This document shows, piece by piece, positions 1 through 10,751 of a stretch of 64,000 nucleotides of DNA. Position 1 is the first letter of the stretch, and each line of letters begins with the position of its first letter. Source of the stretch: Desulfatiglandales bacterium (GTDB lineage Bacteria; Desulfobacterota; DSM-4660; Desulfatiglandales; Desulfatiglandaceae); the NCBI GenBank assembly GCA_963662465.1, contig OY759599.1:256001-320000 (forward strand). The letters are read 5' to 3'. The position numbers and the translations under genes are program-made. The notes below the pieces were generated by a model that was not told the origin of the DNA, did no database searches, and saw only the letters and a list, made by a program, of their open reading frames with translations.

Positions 1-1475
1 GCCAGGGGCTTGCTTTCACAAATAATAGCTGTCTCGCTGTTGAGACGTTCGCTTCTGGGATCCAGATTGTGAGATCCAACCAGTGATACGGTGCGATCAA
101 AGACCGCGTATTTTGAATGCATGGTTCCCTGACTTCGCTCAATGGTTCCTGCCTTGCGCCCCTGCCATTCCCAAATCTGAACCCCCGCAGTGCCGCTGGG
201 GCATTCCTTGACGGCCGCCTCCTGGTTGACTTCCAGTAATTGTGTGTAATGACTTCGCCCTATAATCGTGATCTCAGGGAGATCATTGGTTTCAAGGCTG
301 TTGGTGATGATAACAATCTTGACGCAGCGCCTTGCGGCATCTTTGATGGCATCGATCAGTGGCTCTGTTGCAACAAAATAGGCATTTGCAATTAGGATTT
401 CTTTTTTTGCATCTTGAATCAGCTTCAAGTAGGCCTGAGTGATGTAAGATTCTTCAAGTCGGGGTCTGTTCTGAAAAAAACGGCAGCGGGCAGGTTTGTA
501 TATGGGTCGAAATGGGAGTTCCGCTATGTATGCAACCCGCTGTTTAAGACGCGCATCGGTTTCATAGCTCATTTTGAGTTTTCCGAATGCATCAAATAAC
601 CCTTTGGTCATGTCCCAGTTTCCGAGTTCATCAAGGACGTCTTTGGTCGAGTTCCAGTAACGGTCGGCATCAGCAATGCCTCTTTTTTTCTTAAGAGTTT
701 GCAGGTATTTATAGTTTCTGTCAAATGCCGCTACAATGTCCTGCACAACTGCTCCCCTGATGATAACATCCTGGTCGCGCCAGTAACGGCTTGGATTTGA
801 AAAATCAATTCTGAAATATTCGTTCCCGATGTTGAGTCCACCCACAATGGCAATACCGTGATCGGTTTCACCGTCAACGATCCACATCTTCTCATGAAAC
901 CGCTTGTTTGGATCGACGGACCGGACAAAGGGGTCCGAACTGCCGAAGGAAGTTTCGTTCAACCATTCAAGTCCTAGAATTTCGTAACCTTCCACCATAA
1001 TGCCGTGCTGTTGCAGATCGAAATACATCTTCTTGGTTTGATAATTCTGATTGCTTAGGGCGTCCACGAAGACCCTTACGTCCAGGCCCTGTGCTCTTTT
1101 GTATTTCAGGATTTGGGCAATATAGAGCCCGGATTCATCGCCTTGGAAGGTCAAGGCCTGAATGCGAATTGATGTGTCGGCTGCCATGATTGTTTTGATC
1201 CGCATGGAGAATGAAATTTCACCGTTTGGCAGAAGCGCAACCCAGTTTTTTTTGGGTGACCGGCCTTCAAAGAGACCGCTTCGGCCGATGCCCGGCATCG
1301 GGCTCCCCTTGAAATTTTTCGTGGGACCGAAAACCGACCAGGAACATACGTTTTCGTTGATCATTTGATTTTTGATTGAAACGGTATCGGAAATGTTCGG
1401 AAACTCTGCAGCCGAGATTCCAGTGTTTTCCAAAGAAAAGAGGAGAAGCAATAATAGGTAGCATAAGGTCTTCAT
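1..1475 (-). CDS. Secreted phospholipase D / cardiolipin synthase-like protein (runs off the left edge)
   Basis: Absent from the ORF track; translated by hand. Starts MKTLCYLLLLLLFSLENTGISAAEF (signal peptide-like, GGAG upstream) and carries two HKD motifs, HEKMWIVD..GGLN and HSKYAVFD..GSHN. Confidence 0.85.
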   Translation of the reverse strand, partial: MKTLCYLLLLLLFSLENTGISAAEFPNISDTVSIKNQMINENVCSWSVFGPTKNFKGSPMPGIGRSGLFEGRSPKKNWVALLPNGEISFSMRIKTIMAADTSIRIQALTFQGDESGLYIAQILKYKRAQGLDVRVFVDALSNQNYQTKKMYFDLQQHGIMVEGYEILGLEWLNETSFGSSDPFVRSVDPNKRFHEKMWIVDGETDHGIAIVGGLNIGNEYFRIDFSNPSRYWRDQDVIIRGAVVQDIVAAFDRNYKYLQTLKKKRGIADADRYWNSTKDVLDELGNWDMTKGLFDAFGKLKMSYETDARLKQRVAYIAELPFRPIYKPARCRFFQNRPRLEESYITQAYLKLIQDAKKEILIANAYFVATEPLIDAIKDAARRCVKIVIITNSLETNDLPEITIIGRSHYTQLLEVNQEAAVKECPSGTAGVQIWEWQGRKAGTIERSQGTMHSKYAVFDRTVSLVGSHNLDPRSERLNSETAIICESKPL

Positions 1476-1529
1476 TTAACGTGCTCCAAATAAAACCTAT
1501 GGTCCATTTTCCGAAAACTTTACCACAAA

Positions 1530-2078
1530 TTGCCAAGATCTGCCATAAGATTAACCCGAATTCACGGGCGTCAAAAAAACATTATGCTTTCACAATGGGG
1601 AGAGTCTGAAAACTTTTTCAAAGAGATGATGTCCCTGTACAACTTCAATTATTATCCCGGCTATAATCTTAAAGAACTTGAAGAACAGCCCCTCGTAGAT
1701 AATTCTGAGGTAAAAACAATAAAAAAGACGATCAAGGGAATTAAACAAAAGATGGGGCAATTGGCGCTTGCAAAACAACAAACAGAGTTCAAAATAGAAG
1801 CACGAAAAGATCTTCGTCTTAAAAAAAAGCTAAACACGCTCCAGGAAGAGATAGAGAAATACGACAAAGAGCTTGACGGCTTTCAGGCAGCCTTAAAAGA
1901 AATGCCTGACAAAGTATGGATAATTGAAGTGCTGCAAAACAGACCAATGAACAAGGCAGATCTGGAGAAAAAGAAGCTCTACGACCTGATACAAATGATT
2001 GCCTTTCACTCACGCGAGCATCTGGTTGGCCTGTTCCGTTCATGTTATGATGATCCGCGGGATGTGAAATGTTGGTAA
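1530..2078 (+). pseudogene. C-terminal fragment of a putative transposase
   Basis: WGESENFFKEM segment followed by a coiled coil resembles DDE transposase C-termini; no N-terminus; abuts other IS debris. Confidence 0.5.
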
Positions 2079-2199
2079 TCGCACTGAGCCATAGCTATTC
2101 TTGGAGGTATTTACAAAGTCTACGAACCGATGATATAGGAGTGGGTGGAATAAAGAGGAAAGGAATTGACCTCGATAAATCAACCAAGCCCTGCAAGGA

Positions 2200-2959
2200 G
2201 ACAGAACAAAATGCTCGCGGCAGCCCGCGCTTCATGAAGGTCTGCTTTAAGCCGTGTATCAGACATTCGGCGGTTTCAGCCAGGTATAACTGCAAATGGC
2301 AACAGAGCCTTGAGTGATCATCGAGGATAGCCAGGGCCATGGGGCGATGCCCTTTTCCCGCAGCATCCAGAATGCCGATTTTAGCCTGGTGGAAGTCCAG
2401 GTGCCACAGACCATGGACATGAGGGACTTCAAAGCTGCGCACTTCGCGGTGTTGGAGCCGGTCAGCCGCCTGTTGTTGGCCTGGGCTGGGTTGTGCCGGT
2501 TCATGGGTTCGCAACCATCCGTTATCCCGCATGCAACGCAGCACAGTTTTGTAGCTGGGCACAGGTTTGAATTGGGGCTTCTCCTGGGCCATGGCTACCA
2601 GGTTGTTATAGTGCCGTTGGACATTCCAACGGCGATGAGCCTGGTACTGGGTTTTTAGCTTGGTTAATAGTACCTCTGACATGGACCAGCGGATACCGGC
2701 GTCGGAACGGATCTTTCGGTCTAACGCGGCAATCGGATCATCAGTTCCCCCTGGCCTTGTAATACCAACGTTCGATGGTGGACGACCCGATCCTAATCCG
2801 CCGACTGGGGTCAATGGGGTGTTGATAGTTTTTTTGGGCCAGTTGATTGATACCACTTTGCAGTTGTCCTCTTTGTGGTGGAGAAGACAAAAGTGTACCG
2901 ATCACCGAGTATCGGAAGTTGGCCCAACGCTGCCACATGGGCATTTGAGGTTCGCTCAT
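2200..2959 (-). pseudogene. Frameshifted, 3'-truncated DDE integrase-type (IS481/Mu-like) transposase
   Basis: The N-terminus (FRYSVIG...STIERWYY, ORF 2741-2959) shifts into ORF 2095-2856, which has LWHLDFH and ILDDHSRL..RGLP and then breaks off. Confidence 0.8.
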
Positions 2960-3119
2960 GAAATCTCTCCTTTCGGTTCGCTTCCACTGACCTCCACAAT
3001 GGAGATAAACAGGGTCGAACCGGGGTTCAGAGCCATGTTATGTATTTATTTGGGTTTGACAGCCGTCCATCTTCTGCGTGAACCACCGACGGATGGCGAC
3101 GACCTCAGCATTCATGGCC

Positions 3120-3692
3120 TTATGGGCCTAAGGCAAGGGCTCGTAAGCAGTTCGCCAACGCCGCCTCGGGTCCACAGCAGGCTGAGTCAAAACGGGACAG
3201 TAGGGTACTGGGTAGGTCAGGATCGATAGGAGGCAAGAGACGTCCGGACAATCGCCTATAGCGGATGCTCTGAGTAAGCATTTCTTGAAAATACTGCTCC
3301 CAGCGCTTGACGGTTAAGCGACATACCTTGAAAAGCGCCTTAAGACGCTTCAACGTAATCACAGGTTTTTGTCCCTGACGAAGGGCGCTGACCAACAGCA
3401 TCACCGGCGCCCAGTAAACTCGTCGACCCCAAAAACGAACCGAGGGTGGCAGCACACGGTGACGGCAACCCGGACGGCCACAGTACAGACCAAATTGAAC
3501 CTCAAAAGCCTCTTCAAGTTCACGGGGCCCATCCCGAGGCTTTCGTGGGTAATAGGCGTTATGCAGCGGACCCCCGCAAAAAGGGCATCGCTTTGTTTTT
3601 GTATCTTCGGCAAAATCCTGGTCCAGCTTGTAAAGAAGGGAAAATAACGATTTGCTGTTAAGAACTTCAGGTGGTATTATAGCTCCCGCCAT
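3120..3692 (-). CDS. Transposase-associated Zn-ribbon protein (DUF6431-like)
   Basis: CPFCGG...YPRKP...CGRPGC...LPPSVRF with an HTH-like C-terminus; lies directly upstream of the DDE gene. Confidence 0.6.
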   Translation of the reverse strand: MAGAIIPPEVLNSKSLFSLLYKLDQDFAEDTKTKRCPFCGGPLHNAYYPRKPRDGPRELEEAFEVQFGLYCGRPGCRHRVLPPSVRFWGRRVYWAPVMLLVSALRQGQKPVITLKRLKALFKVCRLTVKRWEQYFQEMLTQSIRYRRLSGRLLPPIDPDLPSTLLSRFDSACCGPEAALANCLRALALGP

Positions 3693-3980
3693 TTATGGTA
3701 TTTTTGGCAGGAGCCCCCTACTACGAACTGGTCAAAGAACGCGAGGGGGCTCCATCATTTCTCCCCTGCTGTTCTCGTCTATTTTCTTCCATTTTTCCAT
3801 CATTTTCCGTGGCCGTGTTCAAGGGTTCAAAAATTTCATACTGAGCCTGAGCGAGTCCTTCGAATCTTTTCTGCATGGTTAAGTTCCTCCTTTGAATCAA
3901 TATAATTCATTGATTTTGAAAAGGAAGTTAACCGAAAATTATTTTTCGGATAGATTCGTGGGTTTCAACCTTTAAAATCT

Positions 3981-4135
3981 GGTTCATCGCGGATTAACGT
4001 GAAATCGCGCTTTGAGATTGTTTCGGTTCGGGCTGTAGGTGCGACTTCAGTCGCACAGGGTCGGCTTAATGTGCGACTGAAGTCGCACCTACAATCGGCT
4101 CAGAAGCCAAATCTCACGCGAATCCACGATGAGCC
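3981..4135. repeat. GTAG-type REP doublet (4034-4093) inside a larger imperfect inverted repeat
   Basis: TGTAGGTGCGACTTCAGTCGCAC...GTGCGACTGAAGTCGCACCTACA; the flanks GGTTCATCGCGGATT...AATCCACGATGAGCC also pair. Confidence 0.75.
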
Positions 4136-4242
4136 TAAAATTTCAAATATCTTTGGCTAGGATTAACAGTCTGAAAGTTGTTCGACCATAAGATGTAGTA
4201 GTCCTTTGATTCTGATTTAGTGAACTTAAACCAGAGCGGCCA

Positions 4243-5538
4243 TCATAAATGAGCTATGTTTGGTAGCACTAGCATTGACGCCTGTTCGACAACTCTCGTT
4301 TTCGCTGAAAGGATTTCATAAATCAAACACAGATGATACCATTCCGCAATTGCTGTCAATAGCCACCCCGCTAACCAAAAGGAAATAAAAAACTTCCCCA
4401 ATTTTTTCACCACGATCACATATGCAAGCAACCCCAGCATATTCAATTCACTGAAAACGCGAAGGAAACTTGTGCTGTTGCCCCACACGGCCGTCCCTGT
4501 GCAGGCGGCCAGAAGTATGTAGAATATCCAGGAAATTAGCAAGAGGGGAGGAAAAAGCCTAATCCTACGGGAGAGGAAAATCTGGTAGGCAATAACCGTT
4601 GATGCCATCATGAGATAAAAGCCGGTTTTCGGATTTAGGTTTATGATGTTCTCGCCCATTGCGTGAATAAATCCCACCAACGGTGGCCCCAGTTTGGAAC
4701 TGGTCGCGCTGTCCAATAACACTGAAGACCAGTTGTTGTAAAGCCAGAGTTGCCACAGGAAAAAAGTGAGTGTCGGATACAACCAAAACGAAAAATGTGG
4801 GAAAAGATTGTCTTTGTTGCCCTTTTGGAGAATTTTCCCAATCAACCAGGTAAAGAAGCCCGCTGCAACAACCAAGGTCGTGGTTTCTCGGGACAACACC
4901 GCAAGAGACAACAATATGGCTGCCACAAGGCTTTTCCTGTGTGCTAGCATAAGCAGGCTTGAAATAACCATGAAAAGAGCCAGTGGTTCCGTCAAAAATC
5001 GTCCAACAGAGATAACAAATCCCGGGTAAAGAGCAAATAGAAGTCCATACCAAGCAGATATTCCAAAATAGCTCAATAACAGGCTGCTAACAAAGGTGCA
5101 TCCTGCAACTGCGGCGAGATTGATGGCCATCATAACAATTGGAGTAATTCCCGGATCTCCTCGCGCAACCAACCATGTTAAAAAGGGCAACAAGATTCGT
5201 TGTTGACGTAATAAAGGCGTATCCAAATTGACCCCAAAGGCTTCTTTTTGGTTGGTAAACGGATCAAGGGCCAGTCTGTAATAGAACTGACCATCATAGC
5301 CAGGTTTCGGGTGGGCATACTTCTTCCAGGGTATCTTATCAGATTCGGCATGGGTAAGTTCCTGTGAAAACCCATAGAGCCCATACAAGTGATTTTTTAT
5401 CAAAGGCATCAGTACAGAAATGAATGATACATAGATCACAATGGCAATGAATGTGACACCTAATGAAAGGAAAATATTTGAAACTCTGAATGGTTTGATG
5501 GATGAATCGGCCTTTTGATGGATTTGTTTCTCTGACAT
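4243..5538 (-). CDS. Polytopic membrane protein, GT-C-like (YDGQFYY motif; cell-surface glycopolymer formation-type)
   Basis: GYDGQFYYRLALDP, LTEPL and LSRET motifs; many hydrophobic segments. Confidence 0.6.
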   Translation of the reverse strand: MSEKQIHQKADSSIKPFRVSNIFLSLGVTFIAIVIYVSFISVLMPLIKNHLYGLYGFSQELTHAESDKIPWKKYAHPKPGYDGQFYYRLALDPFTNQKEAFGVNLDTPLLRQQRILLPFLTWLVARGDPGITPIVMMAINLAAVAGCTFVSSLLLSYFGISAWYGLLFALYPGFVISVGRFLTEPLALFMVISSLLMLAHRKSLVAAILLSLAVLSRETTTLVVAAGFFTWLIGKILQKGNKDNLFPHFSFWLYPTLTFFLWQLWLYNNWSSVLLDSATSSKLGPPLVGFIHAMGENIINLNPKTGFYLMMASTVIAYQIFLSRRIRLFPPLLLISWIFYILLAACTGTAVWGNSTSFLRVFSELNMLGLLAYVIVVKKLGKFFISFWLAGWLLTAIAEWYHLCLIYEILSAKTRVVEQASMLVLPNIAHL

Positions 5539-5878
5539 CGGGTAGTTTCCTCACTAGAGCTCATCAAGACGTGAGATATTCGTAAGTTCGAGGTAGATGA
5601 CGGTTTTTTACATGGATTAATTTAAGTCAACTACAACCGCTTGAAGGTGAGGTTTTTTCTCCCATTACCTAAAGGAGACATTAACCTCTAAACCTTCAGC
5701 TATGCTCATGATGCCTGGCAAGCCTGACAACAACCGGACGCAACAGCGCACACGAAATCCTCAAGAATTTGAATAACATTAAGCAGAACAATTAACGATA
5801 CTTTCGTAGCATAGCACAACTTTCGGAATCGGATAAAGAGATTTTTCGACACAGTCACAGTCATCTATGACATTTATG

Positions 5879-5967
5879 GTGCGACCGGAATGGTCGATAA
5901 CTAACTGGTGAGAGTCCAGTCACGGACCTGAAAGGAGGTAACGTGTAGGTGAAGGTAAGGGTGCCTG
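5879..5967 (+). ncRNA. 5' stub of a group II intron
   Basis: GTGCGACCGGAATGGTCGATAACTAACTGGTGAGAGTCCAGTCACGG resembles a group II intron 5' end and domain I start; nothing further follows. Confidence 0.5.
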
Positions 5968-6123
5968 AAGAAACTCCCATGTGTTGATTACCTCTTTGTT
6001 CTGCCAAGATGTTAAGGTGTTATTTTGACCGGTAGATATTTTGTGTAGAGCAGAAATTTGGAAACTCAAAGTGGTAAAAAAAATAGTTGGCTATTCAACA
6101 CAGTATGTTAGCTGTGATGCAAG

Positions 6124-6445
6124 TCAGGTAGGTGCTGGGATGAGGTTCGCCGTCAACAAAGCTGTATATTCATGGATATCGAATATGCCGAAAAACTGTT
6201 CCCAATAAGCAATGACGTATGACGGTTGAAATCCGGGGGCTCTTTTGGCAGCAATGGATTTTTCTCTAAAGCGCCTGCCGTATTTGGATATAAACAGGAT
6301 GTGAAGGTTGAACATGATTATCGAAAAGAAAATATGAGCGCGAATGGCGTTGAATTTCGAACAGTGGAATTCTTCCAGAGACCAGTATTGGCAGAGTTCC
6401 TTGATGGCATTATTCTCAATGAACCATCGCTCTCTATAAGCCTGA
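6124..6445 (-). pseudogene. C-terminal transposase fragment (IS4/IS5-like DDE), cut by the adjacent IS
   Basis: YRERWFIENNAIKEL matches the Y-xx-R-W-x-IE signature; the fragment ends at the TIR at 6446. Confidence 0.65.
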
Positions 6446-8099
6446 GAGCCTCTTGCAAAATACATTTGCGTTGATCTTTTCTCAGCAATTCTCATTTTGA
6501 GATCAGCAGTTCCTCATTCCGCTTCCCCACGTTTTGCGTAGGAAACTACATCTGGACGCTCTGCGCCCTATTGCGTGAATTTTGTTTCCTTCAACCCTAT
6601 GAGGGTTTGATACAGGACCCAGAGCGTCCCAAAAACCGTTCCCACGAAGAACGGGGGAACCCGATTGAAAATCCACAGCCATGATGAGAATTACTGATAT
6701 TTTATTGACTTAGCGTAATAATTGTGTGTAGTTACATCTGTTTCGGAAGTTAAGGTGTTTTGGATCGGAGGTCGCTCGAATATGGGTTTTTTGGAGAATA
6801 TTTCGCAATATTGGTATCGAGTGCAGATGGACCTTTTTCCGTGGATCGAAGACATAGTTGGGGAGTTAAGTGCAAAACAGCGTTTACTTGTCGGCATATT
6901 GGAACTTATAAGGATAGAAGAATTTGTCCCGTGTATGAGCGGATTGCCTGGGCGGAATCGTAAAGAACGGGCAGCTATAGCTCGGGCTTTTGTAGCAAAG
7001 GCCGTATACAATATGCCGACAACCCGATATTTGCTGGATAGATTGTCAAGCGACCAGAAGCTTTTGAGAATCTGCGGCTGGGAAAAGGGTCGGGATATCC
7101 CCGGTGAATCGACCTTTTCAAGGGCATTTGCCGAGTTTTCTATGACCCAATTGCCCACACGAGTGCATGAAGCGATGATAAATGGGACGGTGTCCAATGT
7201 GATAGTTGGGCACATTTCACGAGATTCGACAGAGATAGAGGGCCGTGAAAAGCCGGCGAAAAAAGAAATTGTGGCTGAGAATAAGCCGAAGAAGAAGCGC
7301 GGTCGAACAAAGAAAGGAGAAGAGAAAATTAGTGAGCCTACGCGCCTTGAGCGACAGAAAGAGATGTGTTTGGAAGAGATGTTGGACGACCTTCCCAATG
7401 CCTGCGATGTCGGAACCAAGAAGAATAGCAAAGGATACATGGAGAGTTGGATTGGTTATAAGTTGCACATTGACGCAGCCGACGGTCATATTCCTGTCAG
7501 TTGCATTCTGACATCAGCCTCACTGCATGACAGTCAAGTAGCCTTACCCCCTGGCAGAGATATCTCGGACAAGGGTCACGAACTTGTATGACCTAATGGA
7601 CTCGGCTTATGACGCCCCCATCATTAGGGAACACAGTCAGTCCATCGGCCACGTGCCGATTATAGACATCAATCCCCGCAGAAACACAAAACTGAAGGAG
7701 GAGCTGAAGTGGGAAGCCAAACGGCTCAAAGTTATTAACTTTGAGATGCCCGAGGACCGTCGTTACAACGAACGTTCCAATGTTGAAAGGGTGAACGGTC
7801 GACTGAAAGATGAATTCGAGGGCAAAAATGTTCGTGTGCGAGGGCATGTCAAAGTGATGGCCCACTTGATGTTCGGAATCCTGGCCCTCACAGCAGATCA
7901 ACTGCTACGCCTCGTCACATAGCTTCCTTATAACCCTACGTTTTAGTGTATATCACCGAAGACGAGGGTGGAGTATGTCCAAAAATCGTCATCAAACCCG
8001 GAAAGTTGACCAAAACTGCTCCAACAGCCACGCTCTTTGGCTCTCCCGAAAAACTTCCAGTAAAACTTACAGCCTCAGTTAGCATTTTGCAAGAGGCTC
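6446..8099 (+). mobile_element. IS5/IS1182-like insertion sequence
   Basis: 16-bp terminal inverted repeats GAGCCTCTTGCAAAAT (6446) and ATTTTGCAAGAGGCTC (ends 8099) enclose a transposase. Confidence 0.8.
6781..7922 (+). pseudogene. Transposase, frameshifted near the C-run at ~7546
   Basis: ORF1 has PGESTFSRAF, ISRDST and GYKLH..HDSQVA; ORF2 has LMDSAYD and YNERSNVERVNGRLK. Confidence 0.8.
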
Positions 8100-8204
8100 G
8101 ATTGCATAATGTTCGCTCCACCAAACAGCCGGATGAAATCGCGTTACGCATTGTGGCGGCTTTCTGCATCTCGATGATTCTGAAGTGAAAAGCCGAATAG
8201 GGTG

Positions 8205-9680
8205 CTAAATTGTCTTTTCCATCAATTTCAGGTGAGCGCGGGCTGCCGCAAGGATGGCATCCCCGGTGAAGCCGTTGCTCAGCATCTCTTTTTCCAGGTT
8301 TTGCCGGTTTTCCAGTAAAGAAATAACGTTGGCGTATTCCCGGGCCGCATCCGTTTTTTGGGAGGTTTCCTTGAATATATCCGCCAGGTGAAGGCGGGCC
8401 AAAGGGTTGCCGGGTTCGAGGTAGGTCACTTTTTTCAGGTATTGGGCTGCCTGGTCCAGGTTGGCGGCGTTGCGGTAGATCATGGCCAGCATGAAATAGG
8501 CCTGTGTATGGAGCGGGTTTTGCCTGATGATGTCGTCCAGGATCTCCACCGCCGCCATGGTTTCGCCCCGGTCCGCGAGCCTGGCGGCACGGGATAATGG
8601 CGAATCGATGGTTTTTGTTTGTTCTGCCAGGGGTTCCTTCGATTTGGGAAAAATGGCTTTTTCAGCGCTTGCTGGAATATGGGGCGCCTTTAGTTTTTGG
8701 AATACGGGTCTTCCGATTTGGGTCCGGGGCGTCGGCATGGATAAGGCGGCAGGCTTTTTTGGGGAGCGGGGGAGGGCGCTCTTTGGCAGAAGTGAAGGGG
8801 GGGCGGCTGCTTCTTGTCCCGGGGACGGTTTCTGGTAAATGAAAGCATCCTCCACCTGAATGGGCACGAAGTCTTCATTCAGATAACGCATGGTTTCCGA
8901 AAACCCGGCAAAGAGAAAGCCGCCATCTGCCAGGGTGTCGTAGAAGTTTTTCATCAGTTTTCGGCTGTGATCGGCGGTGAAATAGATGATCACGTTACGG
9001 CAGAATATGATGTCCCACAGGGGCATGGATGCTGTTGGAAAGGGATCTTCGGAGAGATTGAGATGCGCAAAATCCACCATGCCTTTGATTTCAGGACTCA
9101 ATACATACCCATTTTCCTGTTTTGAGAAATAGCGGTTCAGATAGCGGGCATCAAGGCCGCGAATCGCCCGCTCCGTATAAATGCCTTCTTTTGCCTTTGA
9201 AATCGCCTGCAGGCTGATGTCCGTACCGTGGATACGAACCTTGGTTTCGGGGTTTTCAGGGATGAGATCCCGGATGAGCATGGCGATGGAATAGGCCTCC
9301 TCTCCGTTGGCGCAGCCCGCGCTCCAGATGTTGATTCGGCTGTTTTTCGGATTCTTTTTTTTCATTATTCGTGGCAAACAGAAATGCCGCAACGCGTTGA
9401 ATTGGGCGTTATGACGGAAGAAAAAACTCTCCTGAATGGTCAGGATATCCATCAGCGTGTTGAATTCCGGGTGGTTTTGGGCAGGTTCATGGAACAGTGC
9501 CCAATAGTCCCTGATATGATTCAGGCCCAGTAGATCGCAACGGGTTTTGATGATTTCCGAAAGCTGCAGCCGTTTACGGTCATCGAAGCCGATGCCCGAT
9601 TTTTCGGTGATGTGGTTGCAGATGAAATTAAGGTTAGGGTCTTTTTCGTCGCGCATGGTCATGTGAATGAAAAGCCTCAA
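8205..9680 (-). CDS. cheR: CheR methyltransferase with C-terminal TPR domain
   Basis: ESFFFRH, IWSAGCANGEEAYS, GTDIS and DIIFCRNVIIYF motifs; TPR-like C-terminus. Confidence 0.92.
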   Translation of the reverse strand: MRLFIHMTMRDEKDPNLNFICNHITEKSGIGFDDRKRLQLSEIIKTRCDLLGLNHIRDYWALFHEPAQNHPEFNTLMDILTIQESFFFRHNAQFNALRHFCLPRIMKKKNPKNSRINIWSAGCANGEEAYSIAMLIRDLIPENPETKVRIHGTDISLQAISKAKEGIYTERAIRGLDARYLNRYFSKQENGYVLSPEIKGMVDFAHLNLSEDPFPTASMPLWDIIFCRNVIIYFTADHSRKLMKNFYDTLADGGFLFAGFSETMRYLNEDFVPIQVEDAFIYQKPSPGQEAAAPPSLLPKSALPRSPKKPAALSMPTPRTQIGRPVFQKLKAPHIPASAEKAIFPKSKEPLAEQTKTIDSPLSRAARLADRGETMAAVEILDDIIRQNPLHTQAYFMLAMIYRNAANLDQAAQYLKKVTYLEPGNPLARLHLADIFKETSQKTDAAREYANVISLLENRQNLEKEMLSNGFTGDAILAAARAHLKLMEKTI

Positions 9681-10738
9681 TTACCTGTTTTTACGTATCG
9701 TTCAATTGCCGAAGCGATTTCTGAAAGGGGCAGTACCTGGTCTATGGCGCCCAGAGCGATGGCTGTTTTGGGCATGCCGAAAATGACGCTGGTGGCCTCG
9801 TCCTGGGCGATGGTTTTTCCACCCTCCGCCTTGAGCATCGCCATGCCCTGGGCCCCGTCGTTTCCCATTCCCGTGAGGATAACGCCCAATGCCTGGGGCC
9901 CATAATGATTCCCGATGGATTCCAGCAGCGTGCTTCCGGAAGGCCTGTGTCCACCCAAAGGGGGGGATTGAACCAGTTTGATGCGGTGATTTTCGTTCAC
10001 CGTGAGGTGCGCATTGTCGGGGGCCAGCAAGGCTTCCCCGGGTAGCAGTACCGCATTATCCTGGGCCACGCGAACCCGTATGTGATCCTCGTGATTGAGC
10101 CATTCGGCCAGACCATGGATAAATCCCGGACTCATATGCTGAACAATCAGTATGGGCGCCGGAAAATCAGCCGGCAGAGCGCGAAGAATTTGAAACAGGG
10201 CATTGGGGCCGCCGGTTGAGGATACCATGGCGACGACCTTAATGCCATTGGTTGCATTGGGGGTCACAAAAACCCGTTTGACGGGATCAGCCGTTCTCTG
10301 CCTGGCTTCGGTTGCCTCACAATGTTTCTTGATGGAAAGCCGGCTCACTTTCGACAATAATTTTATTTTTCGAATAAATCCCGCCACCACATCCGGTCGT
10401 GTTCGCCATCGATAAAGATCTTCCTTTTTAATGACCTCCAGAACACCACAGCCAAAAGCGCGGGCGGGTGTGTCAGCGAGGAAATCGGATGAGGCCGTGA
10501 GCATGATAATGGGTGTGGGCTTGACCTTCATGATTGCTTCAGCCACTTCATATCCGCTGGTTTGTCTCAAGTGGGAATCCAGAATAATCAGATGGGGATG
10601 ATGGCTTTTGACCATGTCGATGGCCTTTTCTCCATTGTCGGCCATGGCGCAGACATGAATGCCGGGATCAGTGGCCAGCATATCCCTGATCATCTCGCGA
10701 GCGGATTTCAGGTCATCTACAATAAGGACTTTAATCAT
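9677..10738 (-). CDS. cheB: Chemotaxis methylesterase CheB (REC-CheB)
   Basis: N-terminal receiver domain; SSTGGP, VQHM and LTGMGNDGA motifs. Confidence 0.95.
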   Translation of the reverse strand: MIKVLIVDDLKSAREMIRDMLATDPGIHVCAMADNGEKAIDMVKSHHPHLIILDSHLRQTSGYEVAEAIMKVKPTPIIMLTASSDFLADTPARAFGCGVLEVIKKEDLYRWRTRPDVVAGFIRKIKLLSKVSRLSIKKHCEATEARQRTADPVKRVFVTPNATNGIKVVAMVSSTGGPNALFQILRALPADFPAPILIVQHMSPGFIHGLAEWLNHEDHIRVRVAQDNAVLLPGEALLAPDNAHLTVNENHRIKLVQSPPLGGHRPSGSTLLESIGNHYGPQALGVILTGMGNDGAQGMAMLKAEGGKTIAQDEATSVIFGMPKTAIALGAIDQVLPLSEIASAIERYVKTGN

Positions 10739-10751
10739 GGCTCTTTTAATC

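Noticed and set aside
5624..5660. GTCAACTAC..CCGC.TGAAGG resembling an IS200/IS605 (IscB-type) end
   Set aside because: Too short and degenerate; no tnpA, tnpB or iscB nearby.
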